This document shows positions 1-12,505 of a stretch of DNA of 64,000 bases, in pieces. The stretch's first letter is position 1, and each line of letters starts with the position of its first letter. Where the stretch lies: contig QPGO01000040.1 of assembly GCA_008632985.1 (NCBI GenBank), positions 315,719-379,718 of the forward strand. The letters run 5' to 3'. The notes under the pieces were generated by a model. That model was not told where the DNA came from. It did no database searches and worked only from the letters and a program-made list of their open reading frames with translations. The DNA is from Psammoneis japonica (lineage: Eukaryota). A program made the position numbers and the translations under genes.

Positions 1-3000
1 AAGGGTGAGAGCAAGCTTCTTGAGACAGGACACAAGCGACTTGTTGTCACAATGAATGTCCAATGTCTTGTTCAATCTGGAATGGTGACATGCAACACAT
101 CGGCAGATAAAACGAAGAATGGAAAGGACACCGCAAGCCTCTGCACGGTGCGACGATGGTTCATGCCCGAAACTGGTCCTGCACAATCTACGAGGGGAAC
201 CCCTTGGAGTGTGATCGACCACCCAAAGGCAGCGCCTTCGTTGACAGATCCATCACTTCCCGCGACAAGTGCAGAAGAGTCGAAGTGTTGAACCAAGAGA
301 AGGGGGGAAACATGGAAATCTAGTTCCGCAAACAGCTGAGATTCCCATTGAGGGAGTGATTTCAGCATGTCTTGAAAAGAATCTGGAGCACTCGGTGCGA
401 TTGCAGGGGCCACCGTCGTTCTTGGGATGCTGAATTGCCATCTTCCGTCTTCTGTCGTAGTGACGTCTGCTGGGTGTGATTCATCGGTTGGCGCTGGTGC
501 CACCTCGATCTCTCCAATGGATGCCGCTCTCGTTCCGTCGACCAAGAAGATCTCAAACCCTGACGGGCCCTTGACGTGTGGGCAATTTTCTGAGGAAGAA
601 CAACAAGCTGACGCCTGCATGCGCATCTGCGATGGAGGAACTGGCCAGTCTCCCAGTGGTTCCTTTGAACGAATTGTGGAGGCATGGCACAGGGTTTTGC
701 AAAATTTCTTCCACACTGACCAGGCCCGAGCATTCGGCTTGTGTTGTTCAACATTGTTCAACGCACTCACACTGCTCCGAATCGAGGGGTCACCATTTGC
801 CTTGGTTTCATCCAAATGTGTGCCATCCGCTGGGGTCATGTCGGAGACTGCAAGCACACGAAGGAACAATCGGCAACAATCAATCCATCGGATTTCTCTG
901 TGACTGAACTGTTGTGATCGAAGCACAACATCCACAACAAATTGGTCGTTGTCACGTTGAAGGGGCAGAATGCCATTGTGTGTCAGACAGACTTTGCCCT
1001 TGATTCCATGCAGAAACGAGCGAACTGAAGCGAACCAACACGATTCAAGGTGTGGCAACGGAGTGTCGACGTCCCATGAGAAGCTGTCACCTGTGCCCAA
1101 GTTCAGCTGTGTCCATGCGATTGCGACATGAAACAGTTTGTGAGGTTGATCCTCTCCGAGATGCAGATTCTCGACTCCCCGGGAATGTTTCAGCAATTGC
1201 TGCAATTGGGCCACACCCTGCTCTGCGTCAAGGGATCTAAAACCTCCTCCACCGAGTGCTTGGGGACCGTGTAGAATGAGTCGTTTGGTGTTGCGGTTGT
1301 AACCACATTTGGCAAATGTCACTCTCATCGCCTTCTGCTGAACTTTCTGGAGCTCTTTGTCCTGAAAATTAGAATTCGGCAACANNNNNNNNNNNNNNNN
1401 NNNNNNNNNNNNNNNNNNNNNNNNNNNNNNNNNNNNNNNNNNNNNNNNNNNNNNNNNNNNNNNNNNNNNNNNNNNNNNNNNNNNNNNNNNNNNNNNNNNN
1501 NNNNNNNNNNNNNNNNNNNNNNNNNNNNNNNNNNNNNNNNNNNNNNNNNNNNNNNNNNNNNNNNNNNNNNNNNNNNNNNNNNNNNNNNNNNNNNNNNNNN
1601 NNNNNNNNNNNNNNNNNNNNNNNNNNNNNNNNNNNNNNNNNNNNNNNNNNNNNNNNNNNNNNNNNNNNNNNNNNNNNNNNNNNNNNNNNNNNNNNNNNNN
1701 NNNNNNNNNNNNNNNNNNNNNNNNNNNNNNNNNNNNNNNNNNNNNNNNNNNNNNATCTTGTTTCAAGGCATGGGACAATTCGAACGCTGTTGGTTGGGGG
1801 CCAGTCCTAAACTCGTTGACCTGTTTGGAAGTGTCATCGACGTAGCCTCTGTTGTGTGCTCTAATGAAGAACTTCCCATCTGGAGTCTCGAAAAAGGACC
1901 CGATCGCATTGGCGTCAAAAATGTCAAACAAACGACTGCACAGGGTGTTCCAGCACCAAGGAGAGTTGCCGCTCCCTTGTCCTGTTCCGTAAAGAGGGTG
2001 CTGAGAAGAGTGTGAGTAACTGCGCTGCGCAAGACCCAGCAGTGTGCGAAGCCAGTGTCGAGCATGGTGCAGAGTTGACACATTCACTTCCACCACGGAT
2101 GAAGACATGCCGTCACTTCGTGAACACAATCCCACAATGGACGGAATGTTCCGATTGCAGCAGGAGGTGCAGTCGTCGTCGCTGGTCAGTGACGTCTTGC
2201 GGGATGCTCGGGTCATTTCCAACATCAAATTTTCTGAGAACACTGGCGTTTGAGCTGACAGGAAAGACCGACAACCACAGATTCCCGGATCACACATGCG
2301 ATGGTTCTCCACATGCTGAGCTAGCTCTTGCCATTTGATGCTTGTAACAATTTGAAAGTCTGCCTTGCCAGATGTGCATCACATGCAATCTGTGTGTTTT
2401 GTTGTTCCCAGGTTCTTTGAAGATCACAACGTTGACGATGTCCTTCCATCGGTCACAAGAATGACCCCATTTCAGAGCGCAGTTGATCAAGTGAAGGCGA
2501 ATCTTGAAGAGAGTCTGTTGGATCTGGTCGAGAGATTCTTTCCGGGAGGATGGATTCCCCTCTTTGTCAGTGTCCTTGGCAAAGGAGTGGGGGGCGTGTG
2601 ATGCCTTCCAGTGTCCCAAGTGCAACCCTGACTTGACAGACGTTGAAGTCGATTCAGACCATGACTTTAATTTCAAGAGAAGAGATTCTGCTGAGATAGA
2701 GTTCTGAACTGCGGGAGGAGTGCGGCGACGAAGGTGTTGAATNNNNNNNNNNNNNNNNNNNNNNNNNNNNNNNNNNNNNNNNNNNNNNNNNNNNNNNNNN
2801 NNNNNNNNNNNNNNNNNNNNNNNNNNNNNNNNNNNNNNNNNNNNNNNNNNNNNNNNNNNNNNNNNNNNNNNNNNNNNNNNNNNNNNNNNNNNNNNNNNNN
2901 NNNNNNNNNNNNNNNNNNNNNNNNNNNNNNNNNNNNNNNNNNNNNNNNNNNNNNNNNNNNNNNNNNNNNNNNNNNNNNNNNNNNNNNNNNNNNNNNNNNN

Positions 3001-6000
3001 NNNNNNNNNNNNNNNNNNNNNNNNNNNNNNNNNNNNNNNNNNNNNNNNNNNNNNNNNNNNNNNNNNNNNNNNNNNNNNNNNNNNNNNNNNNNNNNNNNNN
3101 NNNNNNNNNNNNNNNNNNNNNNNNNNNNNNNNNNNNNNNNNNNNNNNNNNNNNNNNNNNNNNNNNNNNNNNNNNNNNNNNNNNNNNNNNNNNNNNNNNNN
3201 NNNNNNNNNNNNNNNNNNNNNNNNNNNNNNNNNNNNNNNNNNNNNNNNNNNNNNNNNNNNNNNNNNNNNNNNNNNNNNNNNNNNNNNNNNNNNNNNNNNN
3301 NNNNNNNNNNNNNNNNNNNNNNNNNNNNNNNNNNNNNNNNNNNNNNNNNNNNNNNNNNNNNNNNNNNNNNNNNNNNNNNNNNNNNNNNNNNNNNNNNNNN
3401 NNNNNNNNNNNNNNNNNNNNNNNNNNNNNNNNNNNNNNNNNNNNNNNNNNNNNNNNNNNNNNNNNNNNNNNNNNNNNNNNNNNNNNNNNNNNNNNNNNNN
3501 NNNNNNNNNNNNNNNNNNNNNNNNNNNNNNNNNNNNNNNNNNNNNNNNNNNNNNNNNNNNNNNNNNNNNNNNNNNNNNNNNNNNNNNNNNNNNNNNNNNN
3601 NNNNNNNNNNNNNNNNNNNNNNNNNNNNNNNNNNNNNNNNNNNNNNNNNNNNNNNNNNNNNNNNNNNNNNNNNNNNNNNNNNNNNNNNNNNNNNNNNNNN
3701 NACCCACTTCGGCGCACGGAAGCCAAGGCTCCTGGAGTGGCAAGAACGTAGTCCAGTCTTCGTGAGCCTCGAACGCATGTGGAAAAATCAAGGTCTTCGT
3801 GATGGTGGTGCATGACATCGGACATGTTAAAGCGTTGGGCCATGGTGGCTAATGAATCAGAGTCATGCTGGAAATCAGCATTGAAATCACCGAACAAAAT
3901 GACGTCTCGGTCAGGTTCATCCAAGAATCATTCCAGGATCCGAGCAAGATCATAGCAGAAAGCTCGCCGCGGGTCCGGATTTGCACACCCTTGTTGTCGA
4001 AGGAGGGCCACCTGTTGAGCGCAAGCAGCAGTTTTTCCAGCAACTGAAGAAGAGTCAGAGCAAACTCTGCAACATGACATGAACACAACCTGCCGACCCT
4101 GTCTGCCGTCAAAAATTTGAACTGACCAACGTCCCAGAGGGTCTTCTTGTTGGGTGCGGCACCGAGCCGACAAAGCATTGCATGACATCAAAGCAGCACC
4201 TCCTGGTTTGTACGGGGTGGCGAAGGATGCAGAGGAGGAGGAGCACGCAAGTCTGCCGTGATGCAGGGACTGTTTGACCGTTGCCGTGCAGCTGCTGCGG
4301 ACTTGAAATTGAGTTGTGTCGAGGCAAATCTCAGATGTGCCGACCACGTCAGCTTGGATTTCCGTGGCCACCTGCGTGTGATCGTTAAAATCGCCGCCGC
4401 ATGAATCAAATGAACAACCATTGGCATTAAATGCGTGCAATCGTGTGTGGTCTTGATGTTTCGGGATGAGCAAGTCGCCGACGGGATCATTGGATGACAA
4501 TGTAGAATGGTCAATTGTGCCATTGGGTGGGGTGTAAGTTCGTCCTGATGACAAATGGCGCCACTGTTGTGCGGCGGGGTTCTCTGCATTAGAAGGGGTG
4601 TCACCCCTCATGGTGTTGCCGTGCTCCTTCGAAGGGAGACTTTGGTTGAGACTGATGTCTGCGTCATAGAAGAAAGGCAGGTGAGACGACTGGGCCTGCC
4701 TTAGAGAAAATTTGTAAAGGATGAATCGTTGGGCTCAGATTCGAGCATGGATGCATCGTCAGGAGGCTCTTTGTCGGAATTCCCAGGGGCAGAAACGGCG
4801 GCACGCTTGTGCTGCGGTGATGCAGGAGGGGGTTGCACANNNNNNNNNNNNNNNNNNNNNNNNNNNNNNNNNNNNNNNNNNNNNNNNNNNNNNNNNNNNN
4901 NNNNNNNNNNNNNNNNNNNNNNNNNNNNNNNNNNNNNNNNNNNNNNNNNNNNNNNNNNNNNNNNNNNNNNNNNNNNNNNNNNNNNNNNNNNNNNNNNNNN
5001 NNNNNNNNNNNNNNNNNNNNNNNNNNNNNNNNNNNNNNNNNNNNNNNNNNNNNNNNNNNNNNNNNNNNNNNNNNNNNNNNNNNNNNNNNNNNNNNNNNNN
5101 NNNNNNNNNNNNNNNNNNNNNNNNNNNNNNNNNNNNNNNNNNNNNNNNNNNNNNNNNNNNNNNNNNNNNNNNNNNNNNNNNNNNNNNNNNNNNNNNNNNN
5201 NNNNNNNNNNNNNNNNNNNNNNNNNNNNNNNNNNNNNNNNNNNNNNNNNNNNNNNNNNNNNNNNNNNNNNNNNNNNNNNNNNNNNNNNNNNNNNNNNNNN
5301 NNNNNNNNNNNNNNNNNNNNNNNNNNNNNNNNNNNNNNNNNNNNNNNNNNNNNNNNNNNNNNNNNNNNNNNNNNNNNNNNNNNNNNNNNNNNNNNNNNNN
5401 NNNNNNNNNNNNNNNNNNNNNNNNNNNNNNNNNNNNNNNNNNNNNNNNNNNNNNNNNNNNNNNNNNNNNNNNNNNNNNNNNNNNNNNNNNNNNNNNNNNN
5501 NNNNNNNNNNNNNNNNNNNNNNNNNNNNNNNNNNNNNNNNNNNNNNNNNNNNNNNNNNNNNNNNNNNNNNNNNNNNNNNNNNNNNNNNNNNNNNNNNNNN
5601 NNNNNNNNNNNNNNNNNNNNNNNNNNNNNNNNNNNNNNNNNNNNNNNNNNNNNNNNNNNNNNNNNNNNNNNNNNNNNNNNNNNNNNNNNNNNNNNNNNNN
5701 NNNNNNNNNNNNNNNNNNNNNNNNNNNNNNNNNNNNNNNNNNNNNNNNNNNNNNNNNNNNNNNNNNNNNNNNNNNNNNNNNNNNNNNNNNNATGCTTTGG
5801 GAGAAAATCCATGAGCAGAGCCACACGGGAGAGGTCCACGGCAGTCTCGTCCCATTGATGAAGTTGGACAAAAATCCCATCATCTTTGAGGACTTTGTTG
5901 ACAAAAGGAATGTTCCTAATGTCGGACAACATGAGGGAAGTGCGAATGCGGTGAGCGATGACAAACGTGGCAGGACGACGGCGGGAGCCACCAACTCGGT

Positions 6001-6410
6001 GCACGACAAAATGTTGGGAATGAGTGAGACCAGAGGTCCACTCGACGACGTCAATTTCGGGAATTTCCAACCCACGGTTCGAAAGTAAAGAGATTTTATC
6101 CACAAGAGGATCTTGAGAAGCCATCTGCTGCAAGGCATGGAGGACAGTCGCATGGCCCACAGCGAGCACGGTAGAAGCGTCATCATCTGCCGATGAAAGC
6201 TCAAAACGAAGAGCAATCTCCTTGATGGACGAGGCTGAAGTTTTTCCGGAGCCCGCACGGGCAGGAGTGGATGGAGTGTCGTTGTCATGAGGAGGATCAG
6301 GAGGAGGGTCACCGGCAAGGCTAGCCTGCGGCGGCGGAGGGATCGTCATGGCGACGGCTGCTTGGCACAAAAAGCCCGCAGGAATTCCACGCAGAACGCG
6401 CTGATGTGTG
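1..6410 (-). mobile_element. Non-LTR retrotransposon (LINE, Ambal-like): ORF1 + ORF2 (APE endonuclease, RT, RNase H); degenerate, interrupted by three N gaps, runs off the left edge
   Basis: ORF1 from ATG 6349 (MTIPPPPQ...) to 4664. ORF2 starts at 4611 with APE motifs (AFNANG, DVVGTSE, ILFGDFNA, GSRRLDYVL), RT motifs (LYGTGQGSGNSP...GYVDDT) and RNase H (AGSDGSV..GAAFGW..CAGPVSG). The clade name is inferred from the domain layout and diatom context. Confidence 0.85.
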
Positions 6411-6700
6411 CTTGCGTAGAAAAGTGCCATCCCACACTCTAAGTTGCACAAGCAACACACCGCCCTCTTGTTCCGCTGTGTGCGTGAGGTGATTGCCTCC
6501 AGTTTCCTCAGGTTCCACTTTGTCGAAGGTTCCCGCAACCCTGCTGACATTCTCAGCAAACACTGGGGATGCTCCCAGATTTGGGACCTCTTTTGCCCTC
6601 TCATGTTTTGGAACTTTGATTCCGAGGCCTTCAGTGATTCTGACTTTGAATCTGTTGCTGTGGACTCCTCAAGCAAACTGGGGAGTGACAGGATTTGAAC
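6410..6700 (+). mobile_element. Ty1/Copia (CoDi-like) 3' remnant: end of RNase H, PPT and start of 3' LTR
   Basis: PHSKLHKQHTALLFRCVREVIAS...NPADILSKHWGC..IWDLFCPLMFW matches the Copia RNase H C-terminus. PPT GGGGAG (6680-6685) is followed directly by TGACA. The 5' side abuts the LINE. Confidence 0.8.
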
Positions 6701-7379
6701 AAGATTTCAGTTCATCACACACAATTGTGTGTGCTCTTGGTTCCGCATGCAGTGTGCAGTGCAGTTTGCTTTTTAGCCATTTGGCTCACAAGAACAACAA
6801 CAGCAGCACCAACATCATGACAACAGTCTTTTGGCTCCTGCAACGGTCTCTGCACGAAGACTCATCTGCCATTTAGACAGCAGCAAGGAGTCGTTGTTTT
6901 CTTCCACCCAGTCATCTTCATTTTCTGTCACAGCCACGTCTGTGTGGCTTTTGTGCCAAAACCTGGACTTCTGATCCTGTTGTGACCACCCCATCAATGG
7001 AGTTGTCCTTTTCATTTGTGCTTGATGCTCCTGCTGCATGGGATGCAAAATGATGCATGACAGAGATGTGATGGTTGACCCAGCCAAGTGAGCTTCTGTT
7101 GTCTGTCACTGGGGAAAGCATGTTGACAGAGTGCTGACCTCTGCTTTAGAAATTTGCAAGAACAGTGTGATGTGATTCATTGTCTCTTTCATTCAGGTTG
7201 TCACTGCACCAGCATTGGCTAAATTTCTAGATGCTGCTGTGTGGCTGCTTCATCTGAACTGCTTGGCACAATCAAGAAAGTTTTGCATTTTCCATGAGGG
7301 GCAGTCTTGGTGGCAGCACCAATCAACACACCATGTTCTTCAGTGAGAACCTCTTGACATGTGCAGTCTGCATGTTTTC

Positions 7380-9000
7380 CAAAGCCCATCAAGGTGTCTC
7401 CTTCATCTTCACCCTCTCAACAATTTTCACTTCTTCACCAGCATCCTTTGTCTTCCTCTTCCACAGCACCTCATTTGCATGCCTGCCATCCTGTGCTGTC
7501 CTCTTCTTCCTCTTGAATGCTGTCATGTTCTTCACCACCACTGCCCAGCTCCAGAGAAAATTGACCCCCAAACCGGTTTTCAATCTCCTTGATGCAAGCT
7601 TTGACCTGTGCCAGCTCATCTTGTTGCCCTTGTCTGTCCAACAAATCATGCTCAACATGTTCCTTGATGCTGCTGATCTCCACAGAATCATCCACATTGC
7701 TGCCAGAAGAGTTGACAGCACTGTGTTTGTCACAAGAAGCTGAGTTGGGATTTCCCAAATCTCATTCTCCACATTTCATGAATTTGCAAAGTTTTTGGGT
7801 GCCTGTGAAATGTTGTGATTGTCCCAGCAGAGCAGCCCATGTGCCCCAAGCCTCTCATGTTGTGACTTCTGTTCTCATGTTGTTGAGTCAGTCCATCTTC
7901 TTTTTTGACATGAAATTTTTGAAACAAATCTTTGAGAAAGTTGTCTGGTTTGATGTTGTGATCTTCACAAAGGTGATCCTTCACCTCCGCAACCTTCAGA
8001 AAACGCATGGCAGATGCTTTCTTCACAGTCCCCCCATCAAGAGACCCAAGGACTTCAATCGGTCCATGTTGAAAGTCTCCAACTTCAATGTGCTGGCCTG
8101 TGCTGTTGCTGGAATTGATGCATCCATGCACCATGACATGGCATGCAGGACAGCAATGGAGCCCTCTTTGACAAAGAAAGTTGCTTTTTTGTGGTGTGTC
8201 TTGCTTTCCTGTGTGCAAGCTTGGGGAATCTGTTTTCATTCTTCCACTGTTTTTGTGACAATCATTGTTGGGTCATCTGATTTCAGCTGACCGTTCTCAT
8301 TGTCATCAGCACCCAGAAGCTCATTGTCACCTTGGTCATCATCATTGCTGTCCTTGTCATGCAAGGTCAGCATGCCATCCAAGCCAGGGTGTGTTTCAGT
8401 GGACTTCATTTTTTGCACACCACAGTGCCTTTCATGTCCCATTGCTGGAGGCTTGCAATTGTTCTCTTCATTGCTGTCTTGAAGCTCATTGTCACTGCCA
8501 ACCTTGAGGCCTGCACGTGAAACCATGTGATCCTCTTCTTCATTGGTGTTTTCAGACTCACTGTCACTTTCAAATTTTGGAGTGCACTTTGCATGTGAAG
8601 GCTTGCAATCCTCCTCTTCATTGGCATCTAGAAGCTCATTTTCATCTTGACTTTTGTCATCCCTGTCCAATCCTTCTCTTTTTTGCTGTCTTGAAGCTCA
8701 TTTTCAATTGCAAACTTGAGCACCCGCTTGGCATGTGGAGGCTTGTTCTTGAGGTTCTGCACTCTGTTGTCTGTGTCCTCATCATCAATCACCCTCCATC
8801 TGCTTGTTCCTGGAGCAACTTTCCTTGCCAGCCTTGTGGAATGGTGAGGTGCAGTGGTTGTTGACAAGCGCATTGCTTTCTTAACTTCCTCTTTGGAGTC
8901 ATTGTTTGAAAATGCCCCTGGTGGACCATCAGAGGACTCTGTGGAATTGTCATTGTCTGAGGGAGCACAGTCTCTGTCGCCACTGTCTCTCCACTCCTCT
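7380..9000 (-). pseudogene. Degenerate acidic ORF of unknown function with repeated [DE]NEL[LQ][DG] motifs, probably TE-associated
   Basis: Frameshifted ORF fragments. GAAGCTCATT recurs at ~8317, 8481, 8631 and 8692. TA and CG are almost absent. Confidence 0.3.
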
Positions 9001-12000
9001 TTGATTTCCTGCAATGCAGTGAAGAAATCTTTGCCTGAATGTTTTCTTTTTTGTGGCACACTGTGTCTCAAGCAGTCAAAACAGAAGTGCATGATGCACA
9101 GGAAATGGATTTCACCAGACATTGCACAGCTCAAGGGCGTTTTTTTCATTTCAAGGGAGCAATGACGTCATGATCATCATGTCAGATTCTAGCCAAACCG
9201 GGTGAAACATCACATGTGACATCACGATGCAAGGTCAGATTTTGCTCTGTTCCATCACACATTGTCATTGTTTTGTTCTGTTGTTTGTTTTTGCACACAA
9301 CACTTGCTTGTGCCTCTTCTTTTGTGATGTCTCACTCTCTCAACACGTTTGAGCACATGTCAATCCACTTTTGCCAACATTCCATGGTTTGTGATGATGT
9401 CTCTTCCCACCCCTGGCATTCTGTTTGCCCAAACATTCAAAAGTCAGGGTCTGCCAGAACGGCAGGTGTCCACAATGTTTGAAGGTCTTGACAAACCTCA
9501 GCTCCACAAGAAGCCACCTGATTCCCCTCCTCCAACAGCTGAAGAAATCATTGATTTCCTGCAGAATGTGCGCGACAGTCCTCCTTTGTTGCCGGCAGAA
9601 ACCGCCGCTCTCAAGACCAAGGACGCATGTGGGTCATGTCATTTTGTCAAGCAGTGCAACAACTTGGAGCCATGATTGGGCATGCAAGCAAGGACATTGT
9701 CTGGATTGCCTGGTGGAAGGTGAAAAGGTGTGGCTGACAATGCACTTTTGCAATTCGTGCAAACAAGGGACTGTCTGCAACATGCATTGTGGTGTTCATG
9801 GCTTGTGCAAGGTGCAGGTGGGTGCAAGGAAATTGAAGTGTTGACTGAAATTCATTCATTCTGTGGACATTTTACAAGCCAGTCAATGCAACATGCTGCG
9901 TGCATGAATTGCAAAAGGGGCACAGACCTTGCCCTTGATTCAGCATTGATGGATTGCAGCTCAGTGCACAGCACATCATCTGCACAAGCTCACTTTTTGT
10001 TCTTTGCAAATGTGACCTCATTGCTTGTCACTCACAGACAACAGAGACGAATGCATGAAAAGACACACACAGTGAAATCTGACTTTATGAGGGTGATGCA
10101 CTGGCGGTGCTCCAACAACCAATGAGCTGCAAAGTGCGTGCATGCAAAGGTGCAGACACAAACACACATTTTAAAAATTGTGCAACCTTTTCATTGAGAG
10201 GCATCTTGACAGTTTGAAAATGGGTTCATTGAAACTGTCAGTTTCCAAATGTGGCAATCACACCACACAACGATGATTTTTCCAGAGTGCACAGAACACA
10301 ACTGAAGAAGTTTTGAAAAAATGACACCAAAGGGAGATGGACAGCCGAGCAACAAGATGCAACAAACACAAACAACACCAGTTTTCAAGAGCACGTTGGG
10401 AACATTTCCATTGCACCCAAAAGAAATGACAAGATGAGTCTGGCAAACACAGCAACGGCTCTCTGCAATGTCGCAAGCTCATTTGGAGGGAACACCGGCA
10501 ACGGCAAAGGCAGAAACAAGATTCGCTGGATGCATTGTGATGAAACAAAAGACAAAAGTGCTGCTGTCCTGTTTCGCCATGATGACATGCAAAGCCAGGC
10601 AGCATCAAAAGATCACATCACACATCTCATCAAGAAACACCATGGAGCCAACTCCAGCAAGGTGTCCAATGAGACCACCTGGGATTCCTTCAAGAAAAAG
10701 CACGGCTCTTGCATGAAGGACATGAAGAAGGATGCCATTGACAGCATCAAGGCAGAGCTGCTGGCCATGTCTGTGGCTTGTGGCATGAGAGACAACAAGA
10801 CCAAGCTCCAAGTTTCCAAAACATGGCAAAGTGGGTGGCCAAGAGACCAATGTGGAAAGGATGGAGTGCTGCCTTCCACATCCTCCATGACAGCTGGGAC
10901 ATGCACTCCAATTGGTCATCAAACATGGAGGAGGCCATTTGGAGGAAGCGTGGTTTCAAGCACTCTGATGGCTTTGTTCCTTGCAAGAAGAAGCACGGTT
11001 GTGGTGTGAGAATTGTTGCTGCGGAAAAAACATGCAAGATCAGGGAACTGAGCAATTCTCTGAAAACACACTGTTGTGGGAACCACCCAACCATCAAAAA
11101 CAGTGCCAAATGGTTGGACGTGAACCTGGACAGGAGGGCATCTGCAGTTTTTCACTTCAAGCAGATGGCCATCAAGTTGCAAAAGCATGTTTCAAGGTTG
11201 CCAAGAGAGCTCAACACAAACTGCTCCATTCTGGAGAACATGCCTTGTCGCAAGGACAGTGGCGTCAACTTCAGATGGTTTGAGACAATCACATTTGGGG
11301 CTGACACAGCAAGAGAGATTAAGGAGGTGTTCAGCTTTGGCTGTGGCAGATCAAGACTGCAGATTGCTGGTGAAGAGATGTGTCCATCTTGCCAGGAGTT
11401 GACAACATGCCAAGATTCAAGTGCCTGCAAGAGAGCAAGTCATCCCACCAATGACAACTGGGTGGCAAGCTGAGACTTGAACACACTGCACGGTCCTGCC
11501 AATGCGACAAACAAGGGCACCACCACAATGGAGGGGGCTGGACACCAAGAATCAATTGCCGTTCCAACAATGATCAACGATGACGAGGGCAACTGGTGGG
11601 AACATGAGACAGGATCGTTTGTTGAGGGAGTGGATGAGGTGGGTGACTGGGCAACAGACCAAGGTTTGGAGACAGCATGGACATCAGAAAAGGCAGGTGT
11701 TGAAGGTGCAGCAGACCAAGATGAAAACACAGAAGGAACAGAGAAGGAAGTTTGACACCAGGCTTTGCTCCAAAACAGAGAACTGGAAAGCAGGCAGGCA
11801 GAGATGCATCACAACATTCAAAAATTGAGTGTGCCATGTGTGTGTCTTGTCTTGTCTTGTCATGTCATTCTCTGACCAGAATTCAAACAATTTCCCCAGG
11901 CAACAAAGATGGCAAGGGCAGAATTGATGAGGGCTGCACGGGAAAAGAAAAATGCGGTGGAAGGCAAAGTGACAAATGAAAGGAGCGACTCAAAAAAAAC

Positions 12001-12370
12001 CAAAGAGGAGCAAGAACCTGACCACTTGTTTGATGACAAGGAACTCAACTAACTCTTTGCAGCACGCCCCAAAGAAGCCCACTGCAACAGTTGCCCAGAG
12101 TGCATGGAGGCAATGAGAAAATTCAACAGAATGATCTTGGAGGGAACAGTTGGGGGGTTGGCTGCAAAAGCAAGGGAAAATGACAGAAAAAAAAAAAACA
12201 AGAAGAAATCAAAGAAAGGTGGCAACTGCAAGCAGAAATCCAAGGGGAAAATGAGCAAAGACAGTGGCACAGCACTTTCAAAGGGCACAGGCAAATTTGG
12301 CAGCAAAGCAACGGCTGCCAAGGAACAAGTCACCGATGGAACAGGCAATGAGCTGGAGGAACTTAAGGAG

Positions 12371-12505
12371 GATGAATGCTTGGTCAAGGAATTGCTCGGA
12401 CACAGGAAGCACAAAAAGAAGTGTCTCATGCTTTGAGACACAAGCAAAAAAATGTGGGAACCAGAAACAAACATCAGCAAACTGTTGGTGGATGAGCATT
12501 GGAAA
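12371..12505 (+). pseudogene. Degenerate chromodomain within a frameshifted ORF (~11,900-13,050)
   Basis: A single frame reads DECLVKELLGHRKHKKKCLML*DTSKKMWEPETNISKLLVDEHWK. With C/H restored to Y this fits the chromodomain pattern EY.V..IL.HR...YL..W.....TWEPE.NI...LV.EY. Confidence 0.65.

Noticed and set aside
1385..5791. Long X-containing ORFs across the N runs (1385-1754, 2743-3701, 4840-5791)
   Set aside because: These are assembly gaps or masking; frame continuity across them cannot be established.
6350..6676. N-terminal extension of the 670 aa minus-strand ORF
   Set aside because: It is the antisense of the Copia RNase H remnant; LINE ORF1 more plausibly starts at ATG 6349.
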